A stretch of 48,806 bases of DNA from Candidatus Methylomirabilota bacterium (lineage in GTDB: Bacteria > Methylomirabilota > Methylomirabilia > Rokubacteriales > CSP1-6), in contig DATIFV010000163.1 in assembly GCA_035455085.1 (NCBI GenBank), positions 1 to 48,806 on the forward strand. The letters are read 5' to 3'. The translations under genes were made by a program, and so were the position numbers. Each line of letters opens with the position of its first letter. The first letter of the stretch is position 1. The notes beneath the pieces were generated by a model. It worked only from the letters and a program-made list of their open reading frames with translations. It ran no database searches and was not told the origin of the DNA. This document shows positions 25,515 through 35,042 of the stretch, one piece after another.

Positions 25515-26141
25515 ATGGAGCCGCTACCGGAGCCGTTGCCCGCCGACCCGCTCCCGCTCCTCGCGCGCTGGCTCGAGGAGGCCCGGACGGCGGTGAAGAC
25601 GCCGACCGCGATGGCCCTGGCCACCGTGGACGGCGACGGGCGCCCGGCGGTCCGGATGGTCATCTGCCGCGGGTTCGACCCGGCGCGGGGCTGCTTCGTC
25701 TTCTACTCCGATCGCGAGAGCGCCAAGGGCCAGGCCCTGGCCGCGAACCCGCGGGCCGCGCTCGTCTTCCACTGGGACGTCTTCGAGCGGCAGGTCCGTG
25801 TGGACGGGCCGGTGGCCCACGTCCCCGACGCCGACTCGGACCGGTACTGGAGCACGCGCCCGCTCGACGCGAGAATGGCGGCGGCGGCCAGCGAGCAGAG
25901 CCGGCCCATCGCCTCGCGCGAGGCGTTCCTCGAGAAGATCGAGGCGGTGCGGCAGACGCACGGCGCGGACGTGCCTCGCCCGAAGCGCTGGGGCGGCTAC
26001 CAGGTGTGGGCGGAGCGGGTGGAGCTGTGGGTCGGGCAGCCGGGGCGCGCGCACGATCGCGCGGTGTGGACTCGTGCACTCCAGCCGACCGACGCGGGCT
26101 TCACCGGCGGCCCCTGGCGGGGGACGCGGCTTCAGCCCTGA
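25515..26141 (+). CDS. pdxH: pyridoxamine 5'-phosphate oxidase
   Basis: ATVDGDGRPAVRMV, FYSDRESAKGQAL, WGGYQVWAERVELW. Confidence 0.88.
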   Translation: MEPLPEPLPADPLPLLARWLEEARTAVKTPTAMALATVDGDGRPAVRMVICRGFDPARGCFVFYSDRESAKGQALAANPRAALVFHWDVFERQVRVDGPVAHVPDADSDRYWSTRPLDARMAAAASEQSRPIASREAFLEKIEAVRQTHGADVPRPKRWGGYQVWAERVELWVGQPGRAHDRAVWTRALQPTDAGFTGGPWRGTRLQP

Positions 26142-26155
26142 CCGGACTCGGCCGG

Positions 26156-26302
26156 CTAACTCGGGTGGGCGCCGCTTCGCGGGGGCAGCGTGGAGGCGCA
26201 CCAGAGGGCGAGGCCGAGCGGCGTGAGCAGGACCGGGCTGGCGACGCCGAACGTGGCCAGGACGAACACCACCACCGCGAGAATGCGCAGGGCGAAGCTC
26301 AT
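26156..26302 (-). CDS. 48-aa hydrophobic peptide coupled to the KARI-like gene; not in ORF track
   Basis: The ATG at 26302 overlaps the upstream TGA (ATGA). MSFALRILAVVVFVLATFGVASPVLLTPLGLALWCAS... Confidence 0.35.
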   Translation of the reverse strand: MSFALRILAVVVFVLATFGVASPVLLTPLGLALWCASTLPPRSGAHPS

Positions 26303-27336
26303 GCGGTCTCTCCTGTGCCGGCGCCGGCCGGCCCAGGGGACGCCAGGCGCCGGATGCGGTCCTCCGCCTCGGTCATCGGCGAGCCCCCGTGCATCATGGC
26401 CCGCGCGAACTCGAGCATCGGATAGCCGTTCTGGGCCTCTTCCTGGAAGCGCCGGGCGAAGCCGCCGCTCCGGATGTCCTCGAGCACCCGCCGGAAGCTC
26501 TCCGCCATCGCCTCGCGATCCATCTCGAGCGAGCGGGTGATGCCGCCGAACACCGCGGTGGGCCCGTGGTCCTCGGAGGCCCGGAAGAAGCCGGTCTCCC
26601 TGAAGGAGCGGAAGACCATCTCCATCTCGCCCGACATGTACATCTCGAGCACGAGCGCCTCGGCGGGGATCCCGGCGTCGCGCGCGACCTCGAAGGCCAT
26701 CATCATCGCCATGCCCAGGACCGAGCCCACCGTCTGCTCGATGAACAGGTCCAGGGTGGCCTCGACCTTGGCGCTCATCTGGACCGCCCCCGCGCGGAGC
26801 GCGCCCATGCCGTCGGCGAGCCCGAGCATGCGCTGCCCGGCCCGGCCGCTGCGGTCGGCCTCGACGCCGACGCAGGCCCAGAACCCGTTTCCGTTCAGGT
26901 AGTGGGAGCGGGCCGAGTTGCCGGCCATGCGCGGCGCCACCAGCAGCACGTCGATGTGCGCGGGGGGACGGATGAGGCCGAAGGCGAGGCTGTAGCCCGA
27001 GCCGAAGGCGATCGCGCTGCCGGGCCGCAGCGAAGGCGCGATCTCCGAGTCGAACACAGAGGGGATTACCTCGTCCGGAAGGAGCACGTACACCACGTCG
27101 TCGGAGGCCGCGGTGGCGATCGGTACCACCTCGAAGCCCTCGCTCCGCGCCTGCCCGGCGTACTCGTCCTCGCGATTGCCGATGCGCACCTTCGCGCCCG
27201 AGTCGCGAAGGTTCAGGGCGGCGGTGCGGCCGAGGTTTCCGTAGCCGAGCACCGCCACCGACTCACCCGCCAGCGCGCCGGGCGGCGCGTCGGCCGCGCG
27301 ATATACTCGGACCTGCGATGGGGTCGGTTCGGTCAT
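26299..27336 (-). CDS. ketol-acid reductoisomerase-family protein (divergent class I)
   Basis: VAVLGYGNLGRTAALNLRDSG Rossmann motif. About 345 aa, not next to other ilv genes. Confidence 0.7.
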   Translation of the reverse strand: MTEPTPSQVRVYRAADAPPGALAGESVAVLGYGNLGRTAALNLRDSGAKVRIGNREDEYAGQARSEGFEVVPIATAASDDVVYVLLPDEVIPSVFDSEIAPSLRPGSAIAFGSGYSLAFGLIRPPAHIDVLLVAPRMAGNSARSHYLNGNGFWACVGVEADRSGRAGQRMLGLADGMGALRAGAVQMSAKVEATLDLFIEQTVGSVLGMAMMMAFEVARDAGIPAEALVLEMYMSGEMEMVFRSFRETGFFRASEDHGPTAVFGGITRSLEMDREAMAESFRRVLEDIRSGGFARRFQEEAQNGYPMLEFARAMMHGGSPMTEAEDRIRRLASPGPAGAGTGETA

Positions 27337-27416
27337 TGCGTGATCCTATCCTAAATCGCGGGACTCCGCCCCGGCTTCCGGGTCCCCGCGCCCGGGCATT
27401 GTAGCACCGGCGCGCG

Positions 27417-28676
27417 GTGATCAGCGCCTCCAGAGTGGTCCGCTGCTGCATCGCGGGGGGCGGGCCCGCCGGCATGATGCTGGGGCTGCTCCTGGCGCGG
27501 GCCGGGGTGTCGGTGCTGGTCCTGGAGAAGCACGGCGACTTCCTGCGGGACTTCCGCGGCGACACGATCCACCCCTCCACGCTCGAGGTGATGCACGAGC
27601 TCGGGCTCCTGGAAGAGTTCTTGCACCTGCCGCATCAGGAGGTCACCCGCCTGACCGCCCACTTCGGGGAATTTCCGGTCACCATCGCCGACTTCGCCCG
27701 TCTTCCGACCCGGTGCCGGTTCATCGCGATGATGCCGCAGTGGGACTTCCTGGACTTCCTGGCCCGTCACGCACGGCGCCATCCGACCTTCCGGCTGGAG
27801 ATGCGGACCGAGGCCACCGACCTGCTCGAGGAGGCGGGGCGGGTGACCGGGCTCCGCGCCGCCACGGAGGCCGGGCCGCTCAAGGTGCGCGCGGATCTGG
27901 TGGTCGCCGCCGACGGCCGCTCGTCGGTGCTGCGCGAGCGGGCCGGGCTGCGCGTGCAGGACCTGGGCGCGCCCATGGACGTGCTGTGGTTCCGGCTCTC
28001 CCGCCGGCCGGAGGATCCCGCGGCGACGATGGGGCGCTTCGACATCGGCCGGATCTTCGTGCTCATCAACCGGGGCGAGCACTGGCAGTGCGGCTTCGTC
28101 ATTCCCAAGGGCTCGGCGGACGAGGTGCGGCGGCGCGGCCTCGAGGCCTTCCGGGCCGAGGTGGCGCGGCTCGCCCCGTTCGCGACCGATCGGGTGGGGG
28201 ACATCCGCGCGTGGGAGGACGTCAGGCTCCTCACCGTGAAGGTGGACCGCCTGGCCCGGTGGTATCGCCCCGGGCTGCTGTGCATCGGCGACGCCGCCCA
28301 CGCCATGTCGCCGGTCGGCGGCGTCGGCATCAACCTGGCGATCCAGGACGCGGTGGCCGCCGCTAACCTGCTCGCGGAGCCGCTGCGCACGGGCCGGCTC
28401 GGCACCGAGGCCCTCCGCCGGGTTCAGCGACGCCGGGAGTGGCCGACCCGGGCGACCCAGGCGCTGCAGATCCTGGTCCAGCGCCGGGTCATCACCCGGG
28501 CCCTGCAGGGAGGCGCGGCCCGGCTCACCCCACCGCTCGCGCTCCGGCTCCTGGCGCGCTCCCCGTTCCTGCAGCGCCTACCCGCCCGTCTGGTCGGCCT
28601 CGGCCTCCGCCCCGAGCACGTCGTCGGGGTCCCCCGTCCTAGCGGTCGCCGGTGGCGGTGTACTCGAGGTTCTTGA
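27417..28676 (+). CDS. FAD-dependent monooxygenase (UbiH/PHBH family)
   Basis: GTG start. IAGGGPAGMMLGLLLARAG and GDAAHAMSPVGGVGINLAIQDA. The 3' end overlaps the convergent lipoprotein gene by 38 nt. Confidence 0.85.
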   Translation: MISASRVVRCCIAGGGPAGMMLGLLLARAGVSVLVLEKHGDFLRDFRGDTIHPSTLEVMHELGLLEEFLHLPHQEVTRLTAHFGEFPVTIADFARLPTRCRFIAMMPQWDFLDFLARHARRHPTFRLEMRTEATDLLEEAGRVTGLRAATEAGPLKVRADLVVAADGRSSVLRERAGLRVQDLGAPMDVLWFRLSRRPEDPAATMGRFDIGRIFVLINRGEHWQCGFVIPKGSADEVRRRGLEAFRAEVARLAPFATDRVGDIRAWEDVRLLTVKVDRLARWYRPGLLCIGDAAHAMSPVGGVGINLAIQDAVAAANLLAEPLRTGRLGTEALRRVQRRREWPTRATQALQILVQRRVITRALQGGAARLTPPLALRLLARSPFLQRLPARLVGLGLRPEHVVGVPRPSGRRWRCTRGS

Positions 28677-29223
28677 CGAGGCCGGCGGCGTCGTACTGGA
28701 TGACCAGGATCTGGTCGTAGACCTTCAGGTTGAAGGCGCTGCCCCTGGTCTGTCTGTAGTGATACACCGAGGCGCGCGCGGCCTTGTCGGCGATCAGCGG
28801 GTAGACGTAGGTGCCGTGCGGCTTGCCCAGCAGGGCCTCGACCCCGGCCTCGGTCGTCTCGCCCTTCTTGATCTGCTGGGCCTTGCCGGCGTCGAAGTCC
28901 GTCCGGTCATCGGAGAACGAGCTGCTGAAGTCGTGGCCGACGAGGACGTCGCGCCAGAAGTAGAACTCCTGGGCGCGGGCCGGGATCACGTCGCCCGGCG
29001 GGGAGCTGAGCGTGGTCGCGTAGGCATAGCCGAGCACCTTCATCGTCTCGTTGTTCTTGAGCACGGTACCCTCGCGGTACGGCGTCCCGAGCCTCTGCCG
29101 GATCTCGGCCTCGGTGGCCTTCCCGACGGGCAGGTCCTCCAGCCGGGGCCGCGTGAAGTCGCGGCCGGCGCAGCCGACGGCCAGGAGCAGAAGGGCGAGG
29201 AGCGCGAGGGCCCGTCGTGGCAT
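28639..29223 (-). CDS. lipoprotein, unknown function
   Basis: Lipobox LLLLAVGC at residues 11-18. Good coding composition. Confidence 0.7.
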   Translation of the reverse strand: MPRRALALLALLLLAVGCAGRDFTRPRLEDLPVGKATEAEIRQRLGTPYREGTVLKNNETMKVLGYAYATTLSSPPGDVIPARAQEFYFWRDVLVGHDFSSSFSDDRTDFDAGKAQQIKKGETTEAGVEALLGKPHGTYVYPLIADKAARASVYHYRQTRGSAFNLKVYDQILVIQYDAAGLVKNLEYTATGDR

Positions 29224-29298
29224 GCCGGGGACGCTAGGGGGACGATCCGTGGGCTGTCAAGCGGTCTCCGGGCGCGATGTTAGACTGCGACTGTCGCG

Positions 29299-32200
29299 AT
29301 GAGCCAGCCCTGCCCCCGCTGTGCCCACGCCGCTCCCGCCGGCGCGCGGTTCTGCCCCGCGTGCGGTAGCCGCCTCGGCGGCCTCGAGTCCCCGCGCTTC
29401 GCCTCGCCCGGCCTCTACACCCCGACGCATCTGGCCCAGCGCATCCTCGATTCCCGGGAGGCGCTGGAAGGCGAGCGCAAGCAGGTGACGGTGCTCTTCG
29501 CCGACATCCACGGCCTGATCGAGCTGGTCGGCGACCGGGACCCCGAGGAGATCGGCCCGGTCATCGACCGGGTGCGGGAGCTGATGATGGAGGCGGTGCA
29601 CCGCTACGAGGGCACCGTCAACCAGGTGGTGGGCGACGGCATCATGGCGCTCTTCGGGGCGCCGCTGGCCAACGAGGACCACGCGGTGCGCGCCTGCTAT
29701 GCGGCGCTGCGGATGCAGGCCCAGGTGACCGCGTTCGGCGACGAGATGCAGCGGTCCCTCGGTCTGCCCCTGCCCATCCGGGTGGGCCTCAACTCGGGCG
29801 AGGTGGTGGCGCGCTCCATCGGCGGCGATCTATCGTTCACCTACACCGCGGTGGGCCAGACCGTGCACCTGGCCGCGCGCATGGAGCAGATGGCCAAGCC
29901 CGGCACGATCCTGGCCACCGAGTACACCCTGGCCCTGGCGCGCGGCCGGGTGGCCGCCCGCGCCCTGGGGCCGGTGCCGGTGCGCGGCCTGCAGGCGCCG
30001 GTGGAGGTGCACGAGATCACCGGTTCGGTGCCGATCCGCTCGCGCCTCGACGCAGCCTCCCCGCGCGCGCGGGCGCCGCTGGTCGGGCGTGAGGCGGAGG
30101 TGGCCCGCCTCGACGCGGCGCTCGAGGCGATGCTCGCCGGCCCCGGCCAGATCGTCTCGATGGTCGGCGAGGCGGGGGTGGGCAAGTCGCGGCTCTGCCT
30201 GGAGCTCGCGCGGCGCGGCCGGGCCCGCGGCTGCCTGGTGATCGAGGCGCCCGCGGTCTCGTACGGACGCGCAGCCGGCTACCGCCCCGGGGTGGAGCTG
30301 CACCGCCGGTACTTCCAGATCGAGAGCGACGACGACGCGGCGACCGTCCGGGGCAAGGTCGCCGCGCGCCTGCGCGCGCTGGATCCGGAGCTGGAGGACG
30401 GTGTCTCCGCGATGCTGTGGGTGCTGGGCGTCCGCGAGGAGGGCGGGGCCTTCGCCGAGCTCGATCCCCCCGTGCGCCGCCGCCAGGTGATGCGCGCAGT
30501 GCACCGGCTGGTGGCGCGCCAGGCCCGCCGGCAGCCCTTCGTGATGATCCTGGAGGACATGCAGTGGGTGGACTCCGAGACCCACGCCGCGATGGACGCG
30601 CTGGTCGAGGCGCTGCCGCCCCGCACGCTCGTGGTCACGACCTACCGACCCGAGTACGTGGACCGCTGGAGCCGCCACCCCGGCTACGTGCAGGTACGGG
30701 TGGGTGCGCTCGAGCCACCCGCCGCGGGCGGCATGCTCGACGCGCTGCTCGGCGACGATCTCTCGCTGGTCCCGCTCAAGCGGCTGGTGTCCGAGCGCGC
30801 CAACGGCAACCCGCTCTTCCTCGAGGAGTGCGTGGCGAGCCTGGTCGAGACCGGTGCGCTTGCGGGCGAGCGCGGGGCCTACCGCCTCACGCGGCCGATC
30901 GTGGCCCTCGAGGTTCCGGTCACGGTGCGGGCGACGATCGCCGCGCGCATCGACCGGCTGCCCTACGAAGACAAGCGCCTGCTCCAGGCCGCCTCCGTGA
31001 TCGGGGACACGGTGCCGGTGCGCCTGCTCGAGACCGTCGCGGACCTGCCGCTCGACGAGCTGCACCACGGGCTCGACCGGCTCCAGGCCGCGGGCCTGCT
31101 CGACCAGCGGGCGCTCTTCCCCGACCTCGAGTACGGCTTCCGGCACGCCCTCGTGCACGACGTGGCCTACGAGAGCCTCGTCCACGAGCGGCGGCGCACC
31201 CTGCACGCCCGGATCCTGGAGGCGATCGAGCGCGCGTACGCGGGCGACCGGCTGGTCGAGCAGAGCGAGCGGCTCGCCCACCACGCCTTCCTCGGCGAGG
31301 TCTGGGAGCGCGCGGTGGAGCACTGCCGCCGGGCGGGCCGGCACACCCTGGCGCGGATGGCGAGCTGGGAAGGCGTGTCGTTCTTCGAGCGGGCCCTCGC
31401 CGCGCTCGGGCACCTGCCCGCCGGCCCCGCCACGCGCGCCGCCGCGGTGGACGTCCGCTTCGATCTGCACAACGCGCTGGTTCCCCTCGGCCAGCACGTC
31501 CGCAGCGTGGCGGTGCTCCGGGAGGCGGCCGCACTCGCCGAGAGCCTGGGCGACCGGGAGCGGCTGGCGCGCGCGCTGTCGTTCGAGAGCAACGTGCACT
31601 GGGAGCTCGGGGAATCCGACGAGGCGGCCCGCGTGGGCGAGCGCGCCCTCGCGATCGCCGAGGAGACGCAGGACCGGGGCCTGCACATCGTCGGCAACTA
31701 CAACGTCGGCGCGGGCCGCCGGGCCCTCGGTGACTACCGCCAGGCCCTCACCGGCCTGCGGCGCACCCTCGAGCTCCTGCCTCCGGAGGCGCCGGGGGAG
31801 ACCTTCGGCCTGCCCGGCATCGCGGCGGTGCTGACCCGCTCGCACCTGGCCTGGACCCTGGCCGAGCTGGGCCGGTTCGACGAGGCGGTGCGCCTCGCCG
31901 AGGAGGGCGTGCGGCTCGCGGGCGAGCAGCGAGACAGCTACAGCCTCACCTACGCGCTGCTGGGGCTGGGCGGGACCCTGGTGCGCCGGGGGCGCATGTG
32001 GGAGGCCAAGGGGGTCCTCGAGCGCGGCATCGGGCTCTGCGCCGAGATGCCCGCGCTCTTCCCCCCGTTCGCGGGAGACCTCGCGCTCGTCTACGCGCTC
32101 ACGGGACGGATCCCGGAGGCGGTCGAGCTGGCCGAGCGCGGCGTCCGCCAGGCGCAGAGCCTGCTGAAGCTCGGCCGGCTGTCCCTGATCACCACGCATC

Positions 32201-32616
32201 TCGGCGAGGTGCAGCTGCTGGCGGGCCGGCCCGACGCCGCGGAGGCCGAGGGGCGCCGCGCGCTCGAGCTGGCCGAGAGGCACCGCGAGCGGGGCAACAT
32301 CGTGTACGCGCTGCGGCTGCTCGGGCTGGCCGCCGCCGAGAAGCAGCCGCCGGACCTCGAGCGGGCCCGCGGCCACCACGCCGAGGCGCTGGCCCTGGCC
32401 GGCGAGCTGGGGATGCGGCCCCTGGCCGCTCGCTGCCACCTGGGGCTCGCGCGCCTCGCCCGGCGCACCGGGGACGCCGCCGGCGCGGGCAAGCACCTCG
32501 CGGAGGCGCGCGCGCTCTTCGAGGAGATGGGGATGGAGTTCTGGCTCGAGCGCCTGCATCTGGACTCGAGCACCGCGCCGGGGGCGAGCGCCCCGCCCGA
32601 CGGCGCCAGCTTCTAG
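29299..32616 (+). CDS. Zn-ribbon + class III adenylate/guanylate cyclase + AAA/STAND ATPase + TPR protein
   Basis: CPRCAH...CPACGS; GERKQVTVLFADIHG...VGDGIMALFGAP; Walker A GEAGVGKS; a long C-terminal helical repeat region. Confidence 0.88.
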   Translation: MSQPCPRCAHAAPAGARFCPACGSRLGGLESPRFASPGLYTPTHLAQRILDSREALEGERKQVTVLFADIHGLIELVGDRDPEEIGPVIDRVRELMMEAVHRYEGTVNQVVGDGIMALFGAPLANEDHAVRACYAALRMQAQVTAFGDEMQRSLGLPLPIRVGLNSGEVVARSIGGDLSFTYTAVGQTVHLAARMEQMAKPGTILATEYTLALARGRVAARALGPVPVRGLQAPVEVHEITGSVPIRSRLDAASPRARAPLVGREAEVARLDAALEAMLAGPGQIVSMVGEAGVGKSRLCLELARRGRARGCLVIEAPAVSYGRAAGYRPGVELHRRYFQIESDDDAATVRGKVAARLRALDPELEDGVSAMLWVLGVREEGGAFAELDPPVRRRQVMRAVHRLVARQARRQPFVMILEDMQWVDSETHAAMDALVEALPPRTLVVTTYRPEYVDRWSRHPGYVQVRVGALEPPAAGGMLDALLGDDLSLVPLKRLVSERANGNPLFLEECVASLVETGALAGERGAYRLTRPIVALEVPVTVRATIAARIDRLPYEDKRLLQAASVIGDTVPVRLLETVADLPLDELHHGLDRLQAAGLLDQRALFPDLEYGFRHALVHDVAYESLVHERRRTLHARILEAIERAYAGDRLVEQSERLAHHAFLGEVWERAVEHCRRAGRHTLARMASWEGVSFFERALAALGHLPAGPATRAAAVDVRFDLHNALVPLGQHVRSVAVLREAAALAESLGDRERLARALSFESNVHWELGESDEAARVGERALAIAEETQDRGLHIVGNYNVGAGRRALGDYRQALTGLRRTLELLPPEAPGETFGLPGIAAVLTRSHLAWTLAELGRFDEAVRLAEEGVRLAGEQRDSYSLTYALLGLGGTLVRRGRMWEAKGVLERGIGLCAEMPALFPPFAGDLALVYALTGRIPEAVELAERGVRQAQSLLKLGRLSLITTHLGEVQLLAGRPDAAEAEGRRALELAERHRERGNIVYALRLLGLAAAEKQPPDLERARGHHAEALALAGELGMRPLAARCHLGLARLARRTGDAAGAGKHLAEARALFEEMGMEFWLERLHLDSSTAPGASAPPDGASF

Positions 32617-32621
32617 CTCCC

Positions 32622-32993
32622 TCAGGTCTCGAGAACCCAGCCGACGAGGGTGCGGAGGTCGTCGACCGAGAAGGGCTTGGTCAGGACCGGGTCGCCGGTC
32701 TCGGCCAGGAAGGGCATGAACCGCTCGGACTCGGCGTGGCCGGTGATGAAGATCACGCGCGGGAGGGCCTGGCCGAACCGCTTGCGCAGCGCCTCGTAGA
32801 GGCCGGGCCCGTCGAGGTTCGGCATCTGCAGGTCGCTGATGATCAGGTCGTAGCTGCGCCGCTCGATGCGGTAGAGGGCCTCGATGCCATCGCGGGCGGT
32901 GTCGACCTCGTGCTCGTCGAGCAGCAGGATGTGGGCGATCAGCTCCCGGAGGCTGTCCTCGTCCTCCACCACCAGGATGAGCCGTGGGCGCAT
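32622..32993 (-). CDS. single-domain response regulator (CheY-like)
   Basis: VVEDED, DLIISDLQMPNLDG, LTKP. 123 aa. Confidence 0.85.
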   Translation of the reverse strand: MRPRLILVVEDEDSLRELIAHILLLDEHEVDTARDGIEALYRIERRSYDLIISDLQMPNLDGPGLYEALRKRFGQALPRVIFITGHAESERFMPFLAETGDPVLTKPFSVDDLRTLVGWVLET

Positions 32994-33014
32994 GGCGCCG
33001 GTGTCACCAGCCGC

Positions 33015-33386
33015 TCACGGCGCGAGCAGCCGCCCGGCCAGCTCGAGCAGGCGGCTCGGCTTGAGCGGCTTGGTGAGCACGGGCACCCGCAGGTTGGCCA
33101 GGAAGCTGCCGTAGTGCGGGTCGAAGGTGGCCTCGGTGAGGAACACGACGCGGGGCGGGGTGTCCCCGAAGCGCTCGTGCAGGGCCTCGAGCAGCGCGGG
33201 GCCGTCGAGGGCGGGCATCCGCACGTCCGCGATGACGAGATCGTAGTGCCGCTGGTCGAGGAGCAGCAGGGCCGACTCGGCGTCGCTGGCGCCGTCCACC
33301 TCGTGACCGTCCAGGCTCAGCACGTCGATGAGCGTCTGCCGCGTAGCGGCCTCTCCGTCCACCGCGAGGACCAGGCGCGCGCTCAC
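33015..33386 (-). CDS. single-domain response regulator (CheY-like), paralogue of the neighbour
   Basis: GTG at 33386 inside ORF 33015..33491. DLVIADVRMPALDG, LTKP. Also 123 aa. Confidence 0.7.
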   Translation of the reverse strand: MSARLVLAVDGEAATRQTLIDVLSLDGHEVDGASDAESALLLLDQRHYDLVIADVRMPALDGPALLEALHERFGDTPPRVVFLTEATFDPHYGSFLANLRVPVLTKPLKPSRLLELAGRLLAP

Positions 33387-33429
33387 GCCGGCACGATACC
33401 GGCTCGGGTGGGGGGGGAGCAAGGCTCGG

Positions 33430-34008
33430 CTAACGTCTCGGCGGCACCCCGGGCCGGTCCGGCGCGGGCCTGGGCGGGGCGGCCGGGGCACCTCGGGCCG
33501 GGGGTGGCGCGGGGCCGACGGTCTTCCAGATGCCGCGCTTGGCGGCGCGCGCCTGCTCCTGACGCCGCAGCAGCATCTCCTGGTGGCGAACGTTGGGGCC
33601 GCCGGGGACCACCTGACCGAAGCCGTAGCCGATCATCTCCGCGTTGACCATCACGTCGCCGACCCAGACGTAGGCCAGCAGCCGGCCCTCCGGATCGCGC
33701 TCCAGCGCATCCAGCTCGAGCCGTACGTTCTTGGCGTTGGTGAGGCCGCGGTTGAACAGCAGCGCCTCGCGCCCGAGCGGGTCGCCCGAGCCGGGGCTGC
33801 CGTCGCCCGGATCCGGCGCGACCACCCCGATGTAGCGGACCCGCTCGACCTCGCCGTTGACGAAGACGTGGATGGTGTCGCCGCTCACCACCTTCACGAC
33901 CGCCCCGGGCAGGGCCCGGGGCCGGCCCGCCTCCTGGCCCGGCGCGGGCGCGGCCGCCGCGAGCAGCAGCACGCCCGCGAGGAAGAGCGCTCGGGCCGGT
34001 CGGGGCAC
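33430..34008 (-). CDS. secreted thermonuclease (SNase)-family protein
   Basis: The GTG at 34008 overlaps the upstream TAG (TAGTG). Signal-like ALFLAGVLLLAAAAPAPG. VVSGDTIHV...VRYIGVVAP...GRLLAYVW. Confidence 0.7.
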   Translation of the reverse strand: MPRPARALFLAGVLLLAAAAPAPGQEAGRPRALPGAVVKVVSGDTIHVFVNGEVERVRYIGVVAPDPGDGSPGSGDPLGREALLFNRGLTNAKNVRLELDALERDPEGRLLAYVWVGDVMVNAEMIGYGFGQVVPGGPNVRHQEMLLRRQEQARAAKRGIWKTVGPAPPPARGAPAAPPRPAPDRPGVPPRR

Positions 34009-34256
34009 TACTTGCGGCCTTCGCTCAGGGAGCGCTCCAGCGCCTCCCGGCGGAGCCGCTCGGCGGCGAGCTGGTCGGTCAGGGACTTGACCTGCTCCTC
34101 GAGCCGCTTCATCTCCTCGCTCTGCTGCGCGCGCAGACCGGCCTGCTCCTGGGCGCCCTTCTGCCGCCACAGCATGTCGGCGGCCACGCCGCCGCCCAGG
34201 ATTCCCAGCACGGTCCAGACCGCGACCCGCTTGAGCAGCGACTTCCTCACGTCCAT
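34008..34256 (-). CDS. 82-aa membrane-anchored coiled-coil protein
   Basis: A TM helix VAVWTVLGILGGGVAADMLW followed by a charged heptad-like region. Confidence 0.6.
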   Translation of the reverse strand: MDVRKSLLKRVAVWTVLGILGGGVAADMLWRQKGAQEQAGLRAQQSEEMKRLEEQVKSLTDQLAAERLRREALERSLSEGRK

Positions 34257-34284
34257 GGCGAGCCTTTCGTCGCGGCGACCGCGA

Positions 34285-34953
34285 TCACTCCACCAGCGCG
34301 ATCGCGCGTACCGGCGAGCCGTCGGCGCCCGTCACCCGCAGCGGCAGGGCGATGACCCGGCAGCGGGGGGTGCCGATCCGGTCCAGGTTGGTCAGGTACT
34401 CGATCACGGTGATGCCGCGCGGGAAGAAGACGTGATGCGTGGTGCATTCCTCGCGGGCGATCTTCGTGGCGGGCGAGAAGATCGACGTGCGGATGCAGTA
34501 GTCGGGCGGGTAGTCGTAGCCCACCGCTTTCACCCCGCGGCCCACCAGCCACTCGCAGGCGCTGCGTCCGGTGTAGGGCGCGTCCTTCCAGAAGCGCTCG
34601 CTCGCCACCGGGCAGCGCGCGGGCCAGTCCGTCCGCAGCAGCGCGATGTCTCCCGCCTGCACGTGGCCGCCGCGCCGCTCCAGATCGGCGGCGGTCACCT
34701 CCGCGTTCTCGCCCAGGTGCGTGAGATCCACCACCGCGGCGGGGCCCATCCACTGGTCCAACGGCATGGAAGCGATGTCGCGGTCGCCCGGGAGGAAGTG
34801 TACCGGGGCGTCCACGTGGGTGTAGGCATGGCAGCTCACGGTCAGCACGGTGGACTGGAAGTTCGCGCCCGACTCGTGCGTCGACCGCCGCTCGCTCGCC
34901 ACCGTCCAGCGGAAGTGGGGGCCGATGGGGAAGCTCAGATCCACCACGCGCAT
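34285..34953 (-). CDS. cyclase-family protein (arylformamidase-like)
   Basis: CHAYTHVDAPVHF matches the HxGTHxDxPxH-type motif. Confidence 0.8.
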   Translation of the reverse strand: MRVVDLSFPIGPHFRWTVASERRSTHESGANFQSTVLTVSCHAYTHVDAPVHFLPGDRDIASMPLDQWMGPAAVVDLTHLGENAEVTAADLERRGGHVQAGDIALLRTDWPARCPVASERFWKDAPYTGRSACEWLVGRGVKAVGYDYPPDYCIRTSIFSPATKIAREECTTHHVFFPRGITVIEYLTNLDRIGTPRCRVIALPLRVTGADGSPVRAIALVE

Positions 34954-35042
34954 GGCGCTACATGGTGTCCCGTGGCCCGGGTCTTGTCAACGCCGGCCCT
35001 GAAGGGCCTTTGGATGGTGAGGGGGTGTATAGTTCCCCCACC

